Below, piece by piece: positions 11,563 through 22,747 of a stretch of 64,000 bases of DNA; within the stretch, counting starts at the first letter, position 1; the number at the start of each line of letters is the position of its first letter. The stretch is from contig MU008182.1 of NCBI GenBank assembly GCA_010909165.1, positions 954,954-1,018,953 on the forward strand. Direction: 5' to 3'. This stretch comes from Anthoceros angustus (taxonomy: Eukaryota > Plantae > Anthocerotophyta). The translations under genes were made by a program, and so were the position numbers. The notes under the pieces were generated by a model. That model was given only the letters and a program-made list of their open reading frames with translations, did not search any database and had not been told where the DNA came from.

Positions 11563-12332
11563 GGCCTGCCTCACGGACCTACCTCCCTGCCAGCGCCGAG
11601 GTCCCTCCTCCAAGACCCCCGCAACGTCCCGGCCTCATGTCCGTACCCGCCCGCCGCACCTGCGATCCGCACCAATTGCGAAGCGGGCTGTTTGCGCATC
11701 TGCGGACGATCGCGCGGCTGCGGGGAGCGTGAAAAATGAATCCCGGCAAGAGGCAGAGGCATCCGCAGAGGCCGAGGCAGAGCAGGGAGAGCAGGCGTGC
11801 GCCCTTCGCCTGCGGCGGCAGCGCAGGACAGGAATCAGGATTGCGAGTGACGAGAACAAACGACCCTTGAAATATATAAGGTTCGGATTTGGTGTCAGAA
11901 CTCGCGTAACTCTGCTGTGTATGGGTGCTGAGCTGGCACCTCCTGGTTAGCTGCGCACAAGTGCCCGCTTCCAGGTTGCGCCACCGATTCCGCCGGTCCC
12001 GCCTTTAACACACTTGCACTTTGTCTGCCTGTTTCTGTTTCCCTGGCCGGCCTTGTCCTTGCGGCTCACGGGTTACCGGCACTGGCAGCCGCTTTTTTTG
12101 CCCCTTTTTTCCTTTCCCGGACGTGAACCGTGATAGGACACGCACGCTTGTTCTTTTCTATCGTAACGATAGGACACGCTTGTGCGGTTGGGGTTTCACT
12201 ATTCACAAATACAATCACGATTCACGATTCACGACTCGCGACTCATGGCTTCCCGGAGGAAGGAGAAGATGGAAGGTGCTGATTCTGGAGGCTCTGAAGG
12301 TTGAAGGCAAAGGAAAGCTTTGGATCATTCAG

Positions 12333-14879
12333 TCAATGCCTGTCTCTGCAAGAACAGGAGCCATCCGCAAAGCGATGAACTCGGTGAGCGTCTCTCACGA
12401 TGATTTCCCGCTTCTCGAGGCGGGACATGATCTTGGTGCTGCTATGGCAGTCCGTACACATGCGAAGGTTCTTGGTGACCAGCAGCGTGGTGCCCTCCGG
12501 CGTGTTGAGGAGGCCATATGCTAGAGCTAGCTTCTCGGCATGGCCGCACAGTGCGAGCTCCTTCTCCTGCTCGTTCAAGGCCTTCAGAACCAGGTCTGTG
12601 TGCGGGATGTGGCCTCCTTCCTCCTTTACCCTGGCGTATACGCTGGTGAGCTTCGGGGAAAGATCGGACCTGTCTTCCCCGACGGTGAACTCGTGCAGGG
12701 TTTTCTGCACTTCGATGCACGCCTTGGCGGGCTTCTTCACTGCCCCTGCCGATTTTCTGAGCCTTTCTATCCTACCAACGTCGTCCCACCTGCCGGCGTC
12801 GGCGTAGATGTTCTCCAGCAGCACGTACGAGCTGGCATGTTCAGGAGCCAGTTTCACGACCCGGTCGAAGCAGCGCTGGCCGCGCTCCACGTCGCCATAG
12901 CTTCTGCATGCTGTGAGGAGAGATTTCCAGCCCACTTCGTCCTGCTCGCAAGCCCTTGTTTGGAGTACATGCTCTGCCTCGGCCAGATGGCCTGACCGGC
13001 CGAGGAGATCCACCATGCAGTTGTAGTGGGAATCGGTGGCCGGGATGCCGTAATCTTCTACCATGATTTTGAAATACTGCTGGCCCTCGTGCACCAAGCC
13101 GGCGTGACTACATGCCACCAGAAGGCAGAGGAAGGTGGTCTCGTTGGGCTGGATGCCGTGCTGGAGCATCTGCTGGAAGCACTGGATGGCCAGTTGGGCA
13201 TCGCCATGTTCAGCGTATCCGTTCAGCAAGGCTGTCCATGTGACCACGCCCTTCGTGGGCAGGTTGTGGAATACGGTAAGCGCTTCCTCCAATCGTCCGC
13301 ACTTCGCATACATGTTGACGAGGCCGTTGCCGGTGATAGCATGAGCTTCCAAGCCTGTTGCACGGATCTTGGAGTGAAGCTCCCTCCCCTGCTGCAAGGC
13401 TCCCACATTGGCACATGCTTGAAGAAGACATACGAAGGTGACATGATCAGCTGGAGTTATGCCCTCGTGCTGCATGCTAGCATACAGATCAAGGGCCTCT
13501 TGCCCAAGCCCCTGGTGGGTATATCCTGCGATCATGGAATTCCATGTCACCACATCTCTTGTGGGCAAGCGGTCGAATAAATTGCGAGCATCCTCCAAGC
13601 TCCCGCATTTGGCATACATGTTCACCAGGCTGTTACCGATGACTGCATCAGCTTCTAGCCCTTGTTCACGAAGCTGTAAGTGAAGACGCTTTCCCTGTTG
13701 CAGGGATCTTGAACTAGCGCATGCTTGAAGAAGGCACACGAAGGTGACATGATCAGCTGGACTGATGCCCTCCTGCTGCATGCTTCCATACAGGGCCAGG
13801 GCTTGTTGCCCTAGCCCTTGTTGGGTATATCCTGCGATCATGGCAGTCCATGTCACCACATTCTTGGAGGGCAGATTGTCGAACACCTTGCGAGCATCAG
13901 TCAAGCCTCCGCACTTGGCATACATATTCACTAGGCTGTTGCCAATATAAACATCGTCCATCATACCACAGGCCTGGACATCACCATGAACCTCCTTCCC
14001 CGAAACCAGGTCCTGTGCAGAAGCACAAGCCTTGAGGACTGCCACGAATATATGGTTGTTTGGCTCCACACCCGTCACTCGAAATTGCCGATACAGGTCG
14101 ATAGCCTGTGCGGCCTGTCCCTGTCGGGCATGGGCCAAGATGATGCAGGACCACATGTGAAGGTTGGGTCTGGACACTTTCGTGAAGACCAGCCCTGCGT
14201 CATCCAATTTCCCAAGAGAAGCATACATCCTGATGATGTGCGTGGCTAAGAAAGCATTGCCTTCATACCCATATTTGAGAGCAAGAGCATGGACAAGCCT
14301 GCCACAAGCCAGATTCTTGTGCGCCGTACACCTCTGCAGGAGGCCGTAGAAGACGGCGGTGGTGACATGACCTCCTCCCTGCACCAGGAGATCCAAAGCT
14401 GCAACAGCCTCGTTCAGGTCTGCCTCCTGACAACGTTTCCTCAAGGTCTGAGCCATGGAGTGCTCCATGGAAGCACGACACCCCCTCATCTGAACATCCC
14501 ACACAGCCAGCTGAGAATCCACCCATGGCGGCTTCTGATAGTTGCTCAGCCATATGGGCTCGTCGGACGTCTTGTGCCTGAAGTCGGGATGGCGGGGGCT
14601 TTCTTTATCAGCCCTATTGTCCCACCACTCCGAGGGATGCAAGAAGAAGTGGTGCCACAAGAGCTCCTGTCGGTGCTTCTCTGTGATTCCCTCTGTGCTT
14701 GCATCGAACTGTTCCGGGCGGTTGCGGAACCTATATCCGCCTTTCACACAAGAGGAGCTTGGGTGAGCTGACAACAAGTTGGGCATGTAGGACACCCCAG
14801 AGCGTGGCTGCGTCACCAACTTCCCCGAATCCCAGAGTGCGCAATCCGACACCAATGCCAGTTCCAGCTGCATCCCCAT
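12333..14879 (-). CDS. PLS-class PPR protein with DYW:KP (DRH-type) deaminase-like domain and N-terminal OSB-type PDF motif; candidate U-to-C editing factor
   Basis: P-L-S triplets, E1/E2, KKPAKACIEV in place of the PG box, HAEKLA...CTDCH zinc motif, C-terminal CSCRDRH. N-terminal FFLHPSEWWDNRADKESPRHPDFRHK. Confidence 0.95.
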   Translation of the reverse strand: MGMQLELALVSDCALWDSGKLVTQPRSGVSYMPNLLSAHPSSSCVKGGYRFRNRPEQFDASTEGITEKHRQELLWHHFFLHPSEWWDNRADKESPRHPDFRHKTSDEPIWLSNYQKPPWVDSQLAVWDVQMRGCRASMEHSMAQTLRKRCQEADLNEAVAALDLLVQGGGHVTTAVFYGLLQRCTAHKNLACGRLVHALALKYGYEGNAFLATHIIRMYASLGKLDDAGLVFTKVSRPNLHMWSCIILAHARQGQAAQAIDLYRQFRVTGVEPNNHIFVAVLKACASAQDLVSGKEVHGDVQACGMMDDVYIGNSLVNMYAKCGGLTDARKVFDNLPSKNVVTWTAMIAGYTQQGLGQQALALYGSMQQEGISPADHVTFVCLLQACASSRSLQQGKRLHLQLREQGLEADAVIGNSLVNMYAKCGSLEDARNLFDRLPTRDVVTWNSMIAGYTHQGLGQEALDLYASMQHEGITPADHVTFVCLLQACANVGALQQGRELHSKIRATGLEAHAITGNGLVNMYAKCGRLEEALTVFHNLPTKGVVTWTALLNGYAEHGDAQLAIQCFQQMLQHGIQPNETTFLCLLVACSHAGLVHEGQQYFKIMVEDYGIPATDSHYNCMVDLLGRSGHLAEAEHVLQTRACEQDEVGWKSLLTACRSYGDVERGQRCFDRVVKLAPEHASSYVLLENIYADAGRWDDVGRIERLRKSAGAVKKPAKACIEVQKTLHEFTVGEDRSDLSPKLTSVYARVKEEGGHIPHTDLVLKALNEQEKELALCGHAEKLALAYGLLNTPEGTTLLVTKNLRMCTDCHSSTKIMSRLEKREIIVRDAHRVHRFADGSCSCRDRH

Positions 14880-15075
14880 GTGATCAACATTGGTTCCTCA
14901 GTCGCCCACAATCACACATTGCCCGGGCGAAACCAGCTCTGGCAACTCCAGCCTGTTAGCTCCTGTCGAGAGGAGCAATTGTGTCATGTGGGTTTCAATT
15001 TACATGTCCAAAACAAGTACTGTCCATTTCTGGGTGTGATGCCAGTGGGTGCTGCACGCTCTTCGTAGCTGGCCT

Positions 15076-18000
15076 ATGGATTGTCTGTGTAGATTTGGAT
15101 CCTCCACCTTGTATCCGAAGCTGCTAACTCGTCGGGCGGACTGCGTTATTAGTAGATTCTGCAGGGGGGATGTTCGTGTTGCCTTCCAGAACGCCGATCA
15201 TGTGACGGGGCTGTGTACGGATGGAGCAATGGCTGAGGCACTGGATGCTCTGCAGATCATGGAGGAGGAGGGCATTGTGGCCTCGCTTGAGACTTGTGCG
15301 TCTCTCTTGCAGAGGTGCAGCAAACTAAAGTCTCTGTCCCAGGCCAAGCTAGTACATGCTTACATTGCAAAAAATGGGCTAGAATCGCAGGGCTGCCTTG
15401 GTGACTTGGCTGTCAACATGTTTGTCAAGTGCGGGAGTTTTCACGATGCAGTGGAGGTCTTCAACAGGTTGCCGGAACGCACCGTTTTCTCTTGGACGGT
15501 GCTTATTTCAGGCTACACAGAGCAAGGGAGGGTTGAAGAGGCTTTTAAAGCTTTCCGGCAGATGAAAGTGGAAGGTGTGAAGCCCAATTCCTACACTTAT
15601 GTGAGTATGCTGAAGGCCTGCAGGAGCGTAGCAGATCTCCAGAAAGGGAAGCAGATTCACGCTGAAGTTTTAGCTACGAGGTCGTTCAACCTGTTTGTGG
15701 GCACAGCTTTGATCAGTATGTATGCAAAGTGCGGGAGCATGAAAGATGCCCGGGATGTCTTCGACAAATTGGAGCAGCCCAACGTTGTGTCATGGAATGC
15801 GATGATTGCAGGATATGCTCAAAATAAGCAGAGTGACCTTGCACTGCAGCTCTTTTCCCTGATGCAAGAAGAGGGTGTGCAATCAGACAAATGGACTTTT
15901 GTCAGTGCACTCAAGGCGTGTAGTGGCTTGGCAGCGCTGGAAGGGGAGACTCTCATTCATGGACAAGGTGTGAAGTTGGAGTCATTGTGGAGGGGCAAGA
16001 TTATCCACTCGGAAGGTGTTGGAAGAGGCTACGAGTCTGATGTGTTTGTTGCCAACACTCTGGTGCATATGTATGCGACATGTGGGAGTATACGGGAGGC
16101 CAGGTATATGTTTGACAAATTGCTGCAGCGTGATCTGGTGTCCTGGAATGCGGTCATTGCTAGCTATGCTCAGCAACAACAGGGTGAAGAAGCTCTGCAA
16201 CTGTATAGACAAATGCAGGATGAAGGTGTTGAGCCTGATAAATGGACCTTGGTTAGTGTGCTTAAAGCTTGCGGCAATCTGGCTACGGAGAAGAAAACTT
16301 GTATTGAGGGACAGACGTTGAAAGTGGAGGCCCTGAGGATGGGTAAGGCTGTCCATAATCTGGCTGTTAGACTGGGTTGTATATCAGACAAATTTGTTGG
16401 GAATACACTTGTCAACATGTATGCACGTTGTGGGGGCCTGCACCAGGCCAGACATGTCTTCAAGAACTTGGTGCACAAGGATGTGGTGACATGGAATGGC
16501 CTGATTGCAGGCTATTGTGAGCAAGAGGAAGGTCACAAGGCTATTCAATTGTATTCAGAGATGCAAGCCGAAGGTGTGCAACCGAACAGGCATACCTTTG
16601 TCAGTGTACTCAGAGCATGTGGCAGCCTAGCAGGCACGGAAACAGACACTCTGCTCCATGGAAAACCACTGAAAGCCCAGTCCCTTGGAATTGGTCAAAA
16701 GATTCACGGAGCAGTTGTCAGACAAGGGTATGAGGAAGACCCACATGTCAGTGCAGCTTTGATAAGTATGTACTCAAGATGCGGGAGCATCTCAGATGCA
16801 CAGCTTGTATTTGACACTCTCCACCAGCGGAATTTGATGTCATGGAATGCGCTGCTTGCAGGATATGCACAGCACGACGAAGGCGAACAAAGCTTTAACG
16901 TGTATTTGAAAATGCAGGAGGATGGTGTGAAGCCTGACTGTAGAACGATCTGTAGCTTGCTGAAAGTATGTGGCAGTCTGGCAGCCAAGGAACAAGAGGT
17001 AGTTGTGGATGGTCAGTCAGTGACACCAAATTCGCTGAGCAAGGTGGAGTCTATCCATGGTGCGATTGTTAGATGGGGTTTTGAATCTGATGCAACAGTC
17101 GGAAATGCTTTGGTTCATGCATACTCAAAATGTGGGAGCATGGTGCAAGCTCAGCAAGTGTTCGCAGGGTTGGACGAGCCTGGTTTGGTCACATGGACGG
17201 CGATGGTCGCAGGGTATACTAAGCAAGAGCAAGGCCAGAGGGCATTGCAACTGTCTAGACAATTACTAGGGAGTAGTTTGGAACCAGATGACGCCACCCT
17301 TGTGTCTATCCTGAAAGCCTGTGCCTGTGTTGGAGCCCTAGAAGTCTGTCGGCAGATCCATCACCATCTTCTCGGTAGGATAGACTCCAGCATGCTCGTA
17401 GCAAACACTCTCATCCACGCATATGGAAAATGTGGAAGCATGCTTGCAGCTCAACGTGTCTTTGACTCGCTGTCCCACCCTGACGTGATCTCATGGACAG
17501 CCCTCATGGCAGGCTATGCTCGCCAAGGTGCGTCCAGAAGGATCGTGCAATGCTTTGACGAGATGCGAAAGGTGGGTGAAGACCCAGATGAAGCCACATT
17601 CATTCCCCTGCTCACCGCATGCAGCCACTCGGGGTGGGTAGACAGAGGCCTAGAATACTTCGGGTCCATGGGTAGGGAGTTTGGCATCCCTGCAACCATC
17701 CAGCACTATGCTGTTCTGGTTGACTTGCTAGGCCGTGCGGGACTCTTCGGAAAGGCAGAGAACTTGATCTCCAGGATGCCGATGCAACCTGACTTGGCAA
17801 TCTGGATGTCCTTGCTGAGTGCATGCCGAAAGTATGTGAACGTAGAAGTTGGCAGACGTGCCTTCGACTGCGCTGTGAGTCTCGCACCAGCAAACAGTGC
17901 GGCCTATGTGCTCATGTCCCATATCTACAATTGCGCTGAGATGTTCGAGGATGCATCCCAGCTGCTGGGAGTGAAAGCAGCTGCAGTCTCATGGAAGGAG

Positions 18001-18156
18001 CTTGGCCAGAGCTGGATCGAGCATGGGCAGGAGGTGCATGTATTTGTGGCTGGGGACAGGGTGCATCAGCAGACTTGGCAAATCTTGGAGGTCCTTAAAG
18101 AAATTTCTGTTTCTGCACATCTTGGACGTGCACGAATGAGTAGTGCCAGCAAATGA
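15076..18156 (+). CDS. PLS-class PPR protein, E+ type (no deaminase active site), with four long-L motifs
   Basis: Intronless ORF of P-L-S repeats and E1/E2, ending shortly after ELGQSWIE...VHVFVAGDR. No HxE/CxxC motif. First ATG at 15076. Confidence 0.93.
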   Translation: MDCLCRFGSSTLYPKLLTRRADCVISRFCRGDVRVAFQNADHVTGLCTDGAMAEALDALQIMEEEGIVASLETCASLLQRCSKLKSLSQAKLVHAYIAKNGLESQGCLGDLAVNMFVKCGSFHDAVEVFNRLPERTVFSWTVLISGYTEQGRVEEAFKAFRQMKVEGVKPNSYTYVSMLKACRSVADLQKGKQIHAEVLATRSFNLFVGTALISMYAKCGSMKDARDVFDKLEQPNVVSWNAMIAGYAQNKQSDLALQLFSLMQEEGVQSDKWTFVSALKACSGLAALEGETLIHGQGVKLESLWRGKIIHSEGVGRGYESDVFVANTLVHMYATCGSIREARYMFDKLLQRDLVSWNAVIASYAQQQQGEEALQLYRQMQDEGVEPDKWTLVSVLKACGNLATEKKTCIEGQTLKVEALRMGKAVHNLAVRLGCISDKFVGNTLVNMYARCGGLHQARHVFKNLVHKDVVTWNGLIAGYCEQEEGHKAIQLYSEMQAEGVQPNRHTFVSVLRACGSLAGTETDTLLHGKPLKAQSLGIGQKIHGAVVRQGYEEDPHVSAALISMYSRCGSISDAQLVFDTLHQRNLMSWNALLAGYAQHDEGEQSFNVYLKMQEDGVKPDCRTICSLLKVCGSLAAKEQEVVVDGQSVTPNSLSKVESIHGAIVRWGFESDATVGNALVHAYSKCGSMVQAQQVFAGLDEPGLVTWTAMVAGYTKQEQGQRALQLSRQLLGSSLEPDDATLVSILKACACVGALEVCRQIHHHLLGRIDSSMLVANTLIHAYGKCGSMLAAQRVFDSLSHPDVISWTALMAGYARQGASRRIVQCFDEMRKVGEDPDEATFIPLLTACSHSGWVDRGLEYFGSMGREFGIPATIQHYAVLVDLLGRAGLFGKAENLISRMPMQPDLAIWMSLLSACRKYVNVEVGRRAFDCAVSLAPANSAAYVLMSHIYNCAEMFEDASQLLGVKAAAVSWKELGQSWIEHGQEVHVFVAGDRVHQQTWQILEVLKEISVSAHLGRARMSSASK

Positions 18157-18341
18157 CTGGACGTATATATATACCGTCCCCTGACATGCCATCCTCTCGG
18201 AGTAGGACTGGCCAACAAGGAAGCCGGCGGTTCATGTCACAAGTACACGGGGTATGCAGCGAAGCCCTGACCGTTGGTGGTCGCTGATCCCTGTACGTCC
18301 TCAGGGCCGGAAGGACTAGCTTGTGGCGGATTAAATCGAGG

Positions 18342-20742
18342 ATGCCGAGTTCTACGTCTTTCCTGGTGTTTGGGGCGGGCGCCCTATTGGGAACCTGTGT
18401 CACCGTTGCTGTGCTCAAACTTAGTTCCCACAGACCCAGGTATTCCAAAGTTGGGGCTTTGAACACTGGGACAGCCCAGCTGGTGGAAATGTGTTCGAGC
18501 AGGTTTCAAGTTTGGTTTCTAACACTTGCTTGGGGTGTTGTTGCAACAGATTTGATGAAAGCGGAGGCGATGATTCTCAAAGGGCCTGTGAGTATGGCAG
18601 ACGGACTGACCTACTGCTTAGGAAAAGACTTATGGAAGTGAGTTGTCCACTGACCTGCCTTTTTTGGATTGGCAGTTGGATTTCAGGGAGAGGATGAGAA
18701 ACCGGCTGCCATGAACAAGTCCACCTCAGTGGATCTTTTGCAGGACGAGATCACGGCAGAACATTTCACAAGGTCTCTATCCGTAGGCAACGAACATGTA
18801 GACTGATGTGTACTGGTCTGGCTCGCTGTGAGTCTGCTCCAACTTTTGTTGCATGGGGTACCATGAATGTTTGTTTATGGTTGATGGTTAGTGCAGGAAT
18901 ACCCAGTTTTTTGGTTCTGAAGGGCAGCTGAGAATTCATAGCTCCTTTGTTGTAGTCGTGGGACTCGGTGGCGTGGGCAGCCATGCAGCTGCTATGCTCC
19001 TACGATCAGGGGTGGGAAAGATTCGTCTTGTAGATTTTGATCAGGTATGCCAGAGTCTCGTTGTTGTAGAACGGCATGTGTGTTAGTTGATGCTGTCGAG
19101 TTTCTAGAAGCCCTTACAGTGACTCTTCTGCTTTCCGATAGGTGTCCCTGTCATCTCTCAATCGTCATGCGGTAGCAACTAGGGGTGATGTTGGGTTGGC
19201 CAAGGCAGTTTGCTTGAAGAACCACTTTAACAGCATCTTTCCAGAGTGTGAAGTGGAGGCCAAGGTTCAGTTGTTTGATGCATCGTCTGCAGATGAGATC
19301 CTTTCAGGCTCACCAGACTTTGTCCTTGACTGCATCGATAACATAGACACGAAGGTGAAGTGCCTGTCTCGTAATTGCCCACATTCTGTAGTGGAGTTAC
19401 CTTGTGATTATCCATCAGCTGTGTTGTGTTCTGGAGTGCCTTGCGATTGGCCATGTTCCTTTCTAGAGTGCCTCCGATTTGGTCATTTGACCAAACTTGT
19501 TCTTGCATTATCCAGACTTCTCCTCTTATGTCAGACCCCTACTTTTTGCAGGTGCTTCTGTTGGCGGCATGTGTGAAACGAGGTCTGAAGGTCGTGTCTG
19601 CTACTGGTGCTGGTGCACGTGCAGATCCCACTCGCATACGGGTTGCAGACTTATACGAGTCATCAATTGATCCTCTGGCTCGCTCAGTACGTGGAATCCA
19701 AGTATGTTGTTGAAACGACTTCGAAGCACGAGATGTCATAACCTTATAGGGGTATGTTTCATGTCATGCAGGTAAGACACAGGCTGAGAAGGGAGCATGG
19801 CATAGACGGAGGACTGCCTGTTGTGTTCTCGACTGAGCGCCCAAAGACAAAGCTGCTCCCATTTGAAGCTCCCAATGGAGAAGATGCAAATCCCTTGGAC
19901 TATCAAGTAAGCATTTCTCTTGACGTGAACAGACATCCAGAGTGCTGCAGAACTGCAACGTAACATGAACTTGTTCCGGTCGTCAGGTTGTTCCAGGCTT
20001 CAGAGTGCGGATCATACCTGTGCTTGGCACCATTCCAGCTATATTTGGCCAGGTCATGGCCTCATACGTTGCCACACAGATTGCAGGCATGCCAGTGCAG
20101 CTAGAACCTGTCCTGAACCTGGATAAAGATCACTATGCCGCTCTGCACCAGCGGCTCATCGAGCGTGAGGAGGAATGCTTCGGGACTGCAGCAGCTGTGG
20201 AGGTATGCCCCAGCACCCCACACTGTCCATCTTCTCAAAGCGTCTTCATCTCACATCCCCTCATGTCAAGCAACAACCTCTGTGCCTTAGGTGGATAGAG
20301 AGGAAGTTGCATACATTGTTCGGGAACTGTGGCATGGACGCAGTGCCCGAGATCAGTCCAGGGGGAAGGTTGGACGAGGAATGTGGCGCTCCATGAACAA
20401 CCTAACACTCACAAGGTCTCACTTCTCACCTCTCATGTCCCGTCTTATGGTGCTCTCTTCCCACATCCTCATGTTTGCCTTGATGTTGGCAGATGGGACA
20501 TGAGCAAAGCTCCCTCCATATCCAACCTGGTGCTGCTCACGTTCCAAGAGGTTAGATCCACACAACTCCAGCCGATTGGATTCCAGTTCACAAGTCCCCT
20601 TCCTTCTTGACCCCACTGTGGAGTATGGCAGGCGGAAGACCACTCGCGCACCACTTTGAACGACATCGAAAAGAACGAGCCTGAATATTTCCGGAGGGTG
20701 ACACGCTTGTTGCAGCAAGCTCACCTCGACTTGTGCGCTTAA
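18342..20742 (+). CDS. tcdA: tRNA threonylcarbamoyladenosine dehydratase (TcdA/CsdL, ThiF/E1-like family), multi-exon
   Basis: N-terminal membrane anchor. Exons encode VVVVGLGGVGSHAA, RLVDFDQ, VSLSSLNRHAVAT, DFVLDCIDNIDTK, SATGAGARADPTRIR and RIIPVLGTIPAIFG. Confidence 0.88.
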
Positions 20743-20836
20743 ATTTATGTAAATATTAAATCAAAAAGCTATGGAATATGTGGCATTTGTGATAAGCCCG
20801 TAACCGATTGAATCGTCGGTGCCGCGACACCTGTCC

Positions 20837-20968
20837 GCCACGTGTCGGTCACCCTAACACCACGGACGCGCTAAACCACCCCAGCTATCCTAAACCACCG
20901 GCTTGTTAGCTACTTTCCTCCTCCCTTCCTTGCCGTACTTGACCACGCGTCATTCCCCCGGCTATAAA
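20837..20968 (+). promoter_or_regulatory. ABRE/G-box (GCCACGTGTC, 20837-20846) and TATA box (TATAAA, 20963-20968) upstream of His/Pro peptide 1
   Basis: Exact motif matches in promoter-like order. Confidence 0.5.
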
Positions 20969-21205
20969 TTAGGACTCGTCTCCCCTCCCGGACTCAGTAA
21001 CTTTGTTCGACGCTGCACGCAACTGTTGTTCCCACTGCTTCGTGCTTGCTCTTGTGGTAAGCAGCTGTTGTGGTGTGGCTATCTTGTCGTTGTTCCAGTC
21101 TTGTGTTGAGGAATTGTGATCCTCGAGGACTGCGTTGCTGAGGAGCGTCTGGTGGTGTTGTGGTTGCAGATATAGTGCTTTCAGTGCAAGGCTGATTTGA
21201 TCGAC

Positions 21206-21466
21206 ATGGCCTCGAGAGGATGTGACTCCGTGGTGCGCAACCATCCGCACCACAACCATCACCCGGCGCCTCACCACCCGCATCCGGCTCCCCACCCGCC
21301 GGTCGTGGTGGTGCCGGTGCCTACGCACCCGGTGCCGCACCACCCTGCGCCTCACCACCCCGGGCCTCACCCGCACCACCACCACCCGCATGCGCACCAC
21401 CACGGTCCTCACCACCGGGCAGCTCCTCAGGCTCCCTGCTCTCGCCGTTTCCGCTCAGTGGCTTGA
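21206..21466 (+). CDS. Small His/Pro-rich protein 1 (86 aa)
   Basis: MASRGCDSVVRNHPHHNHHPAPHHPHP...HHHGPHHRAAP. GC-rich codons, upstream TATA box and a likely 5'UTR intron (GTAAG at ~21057). Confidence 0.6.
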   Translation: MASRGCDSVVRNHPHHNHHPAPHHPHPAPHPPVVVVPVPTHPVPHHPAPHHPGPHPHHHHPHAHHHGPHHRAAPQAPCSRRFRSVA

Positions 21467-22621
21467 GTAGTGGAAGCTCCCTGGTAAGCGTGTAGGAAGC
21501 TGGTTGTCTCTTGGTTTGGGTTCTAATTTGCAGAGAGCATTTCGCTGCCCTAACGGAGGAGGAAGCCGTTGCATTCGTAAGTGTTCTCACGGGTACGTCG
21601 TGAACTTGCAGAATCTGTAATCTTCTCGCCGGCAGTGGCGAAGGCGGGGATCTCTATGATGATGAATGTGATTGTAAATAGGCGCACTGAAGATGGACTG
21701 GTACTGTGGAAGGTGATTTTGGACGGATAGGGTGGTATAGATCTATTAAAATGTTCCTTTCCTGAAGTCGTTAGCCTTTCCGACGATGGAAAAACGTTGC
21801 TGGGTAAATTACATGCACTTTGTTAAAGTGGAATCTTGTTCATAAGATCCTCGTCCTCGTTGTTCACAATCTGTGATATAAGCACCGAAAAGGGAAATGG
21901 ATGAAAGCGTTACGAAAATTGAACGAAATTGGCCATTCTTGTAACCTTGTGCAAACTTGTAGTTCCTTCTTCAATTGCCAGCTACCTGTGAATGCTTCCA
22001 TGATAAGCAACTTTGCAGCAAATTGTCTGATTGACGAAAACGTTCCTACATTCAATATACATGTAATTATTAAGGCAGCTTTTCAATTAACTGTATGTCG
22101 CTTTCTTCCCCGTAATGCAAACTTGGTCCTACAGGACGCACAAAACGGAAGAACGCGTACAACAGCTAAAACCGAGGAAGCAGCGGAGGGATGTACATAG
22201 TTTATAGCTAACTAGTTGCCGCCTTTGAAAAAACACTGTCGAACACATGAGACCTGACAACAAGGCATTGTTATTCTGCGCTGTGTTCATCCAGCTGAAC
22301 CAGACCCCAGGCTTTGCTTCAACACGCGGGAAGTGGCGTGGTCTTGATAAGCAAAATGACCAGCCAGGAGAGGGTAGCATGTAGGATCAGAGTGCCTCTG
22401 CCGATCGAGGCCCTTCAGCAACCACGAAACCGCTTCACAGCTGCGGCAAGAGAACGGCACGAAACCTGAAGGGCACGAGAGGCACAAAACCAATCAGAGA
22501 TCCGGCAACCATAGCACTTCACAGCTTTCCAAGGACACGAATTGCAGGCGAGGGGACACAAGAAACACACCTGCGGCAGATACAAGGGAGCGTCGCGGGC
22601 CGCCATAAGCTCAGGTGACGC

Positions 22622-22747
22622 TCAGCGGCCGTGGTGCGGGCCGCCATGGCCGTGCCCGCCACCGTGCGGGTGGTGCGGAGGCGGGTGGTGCGGAGCACCG
22701 TGAGGGTGAGGGCGGCCGCCTCCCCATCCGAAGCACGGCAGGCACAT
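22622..22747 (-). CDS. Small His/Pro/Gly-rich peptide 2 (41 aa; below the ORF-track cutoff)
   Basis: Hand translation: MCLPCFGWGGGRPHPHGAPHHPPPHHPHGGGHGHGGPHHGR*. ACAATG start context. Confidence 0.55.
   Translation of the reverse strand: MCLPCFGWGGGRPHPHGAPHHPPPHHPHGGGHGHGGPHHGR

Noticed and set aside
12333-18156. Intronless PPR and MATE genes as bacterial horizontal transfers
   Set aside because: Both families show plant-type motifs, and intronless PPR genes are normal in land plants.
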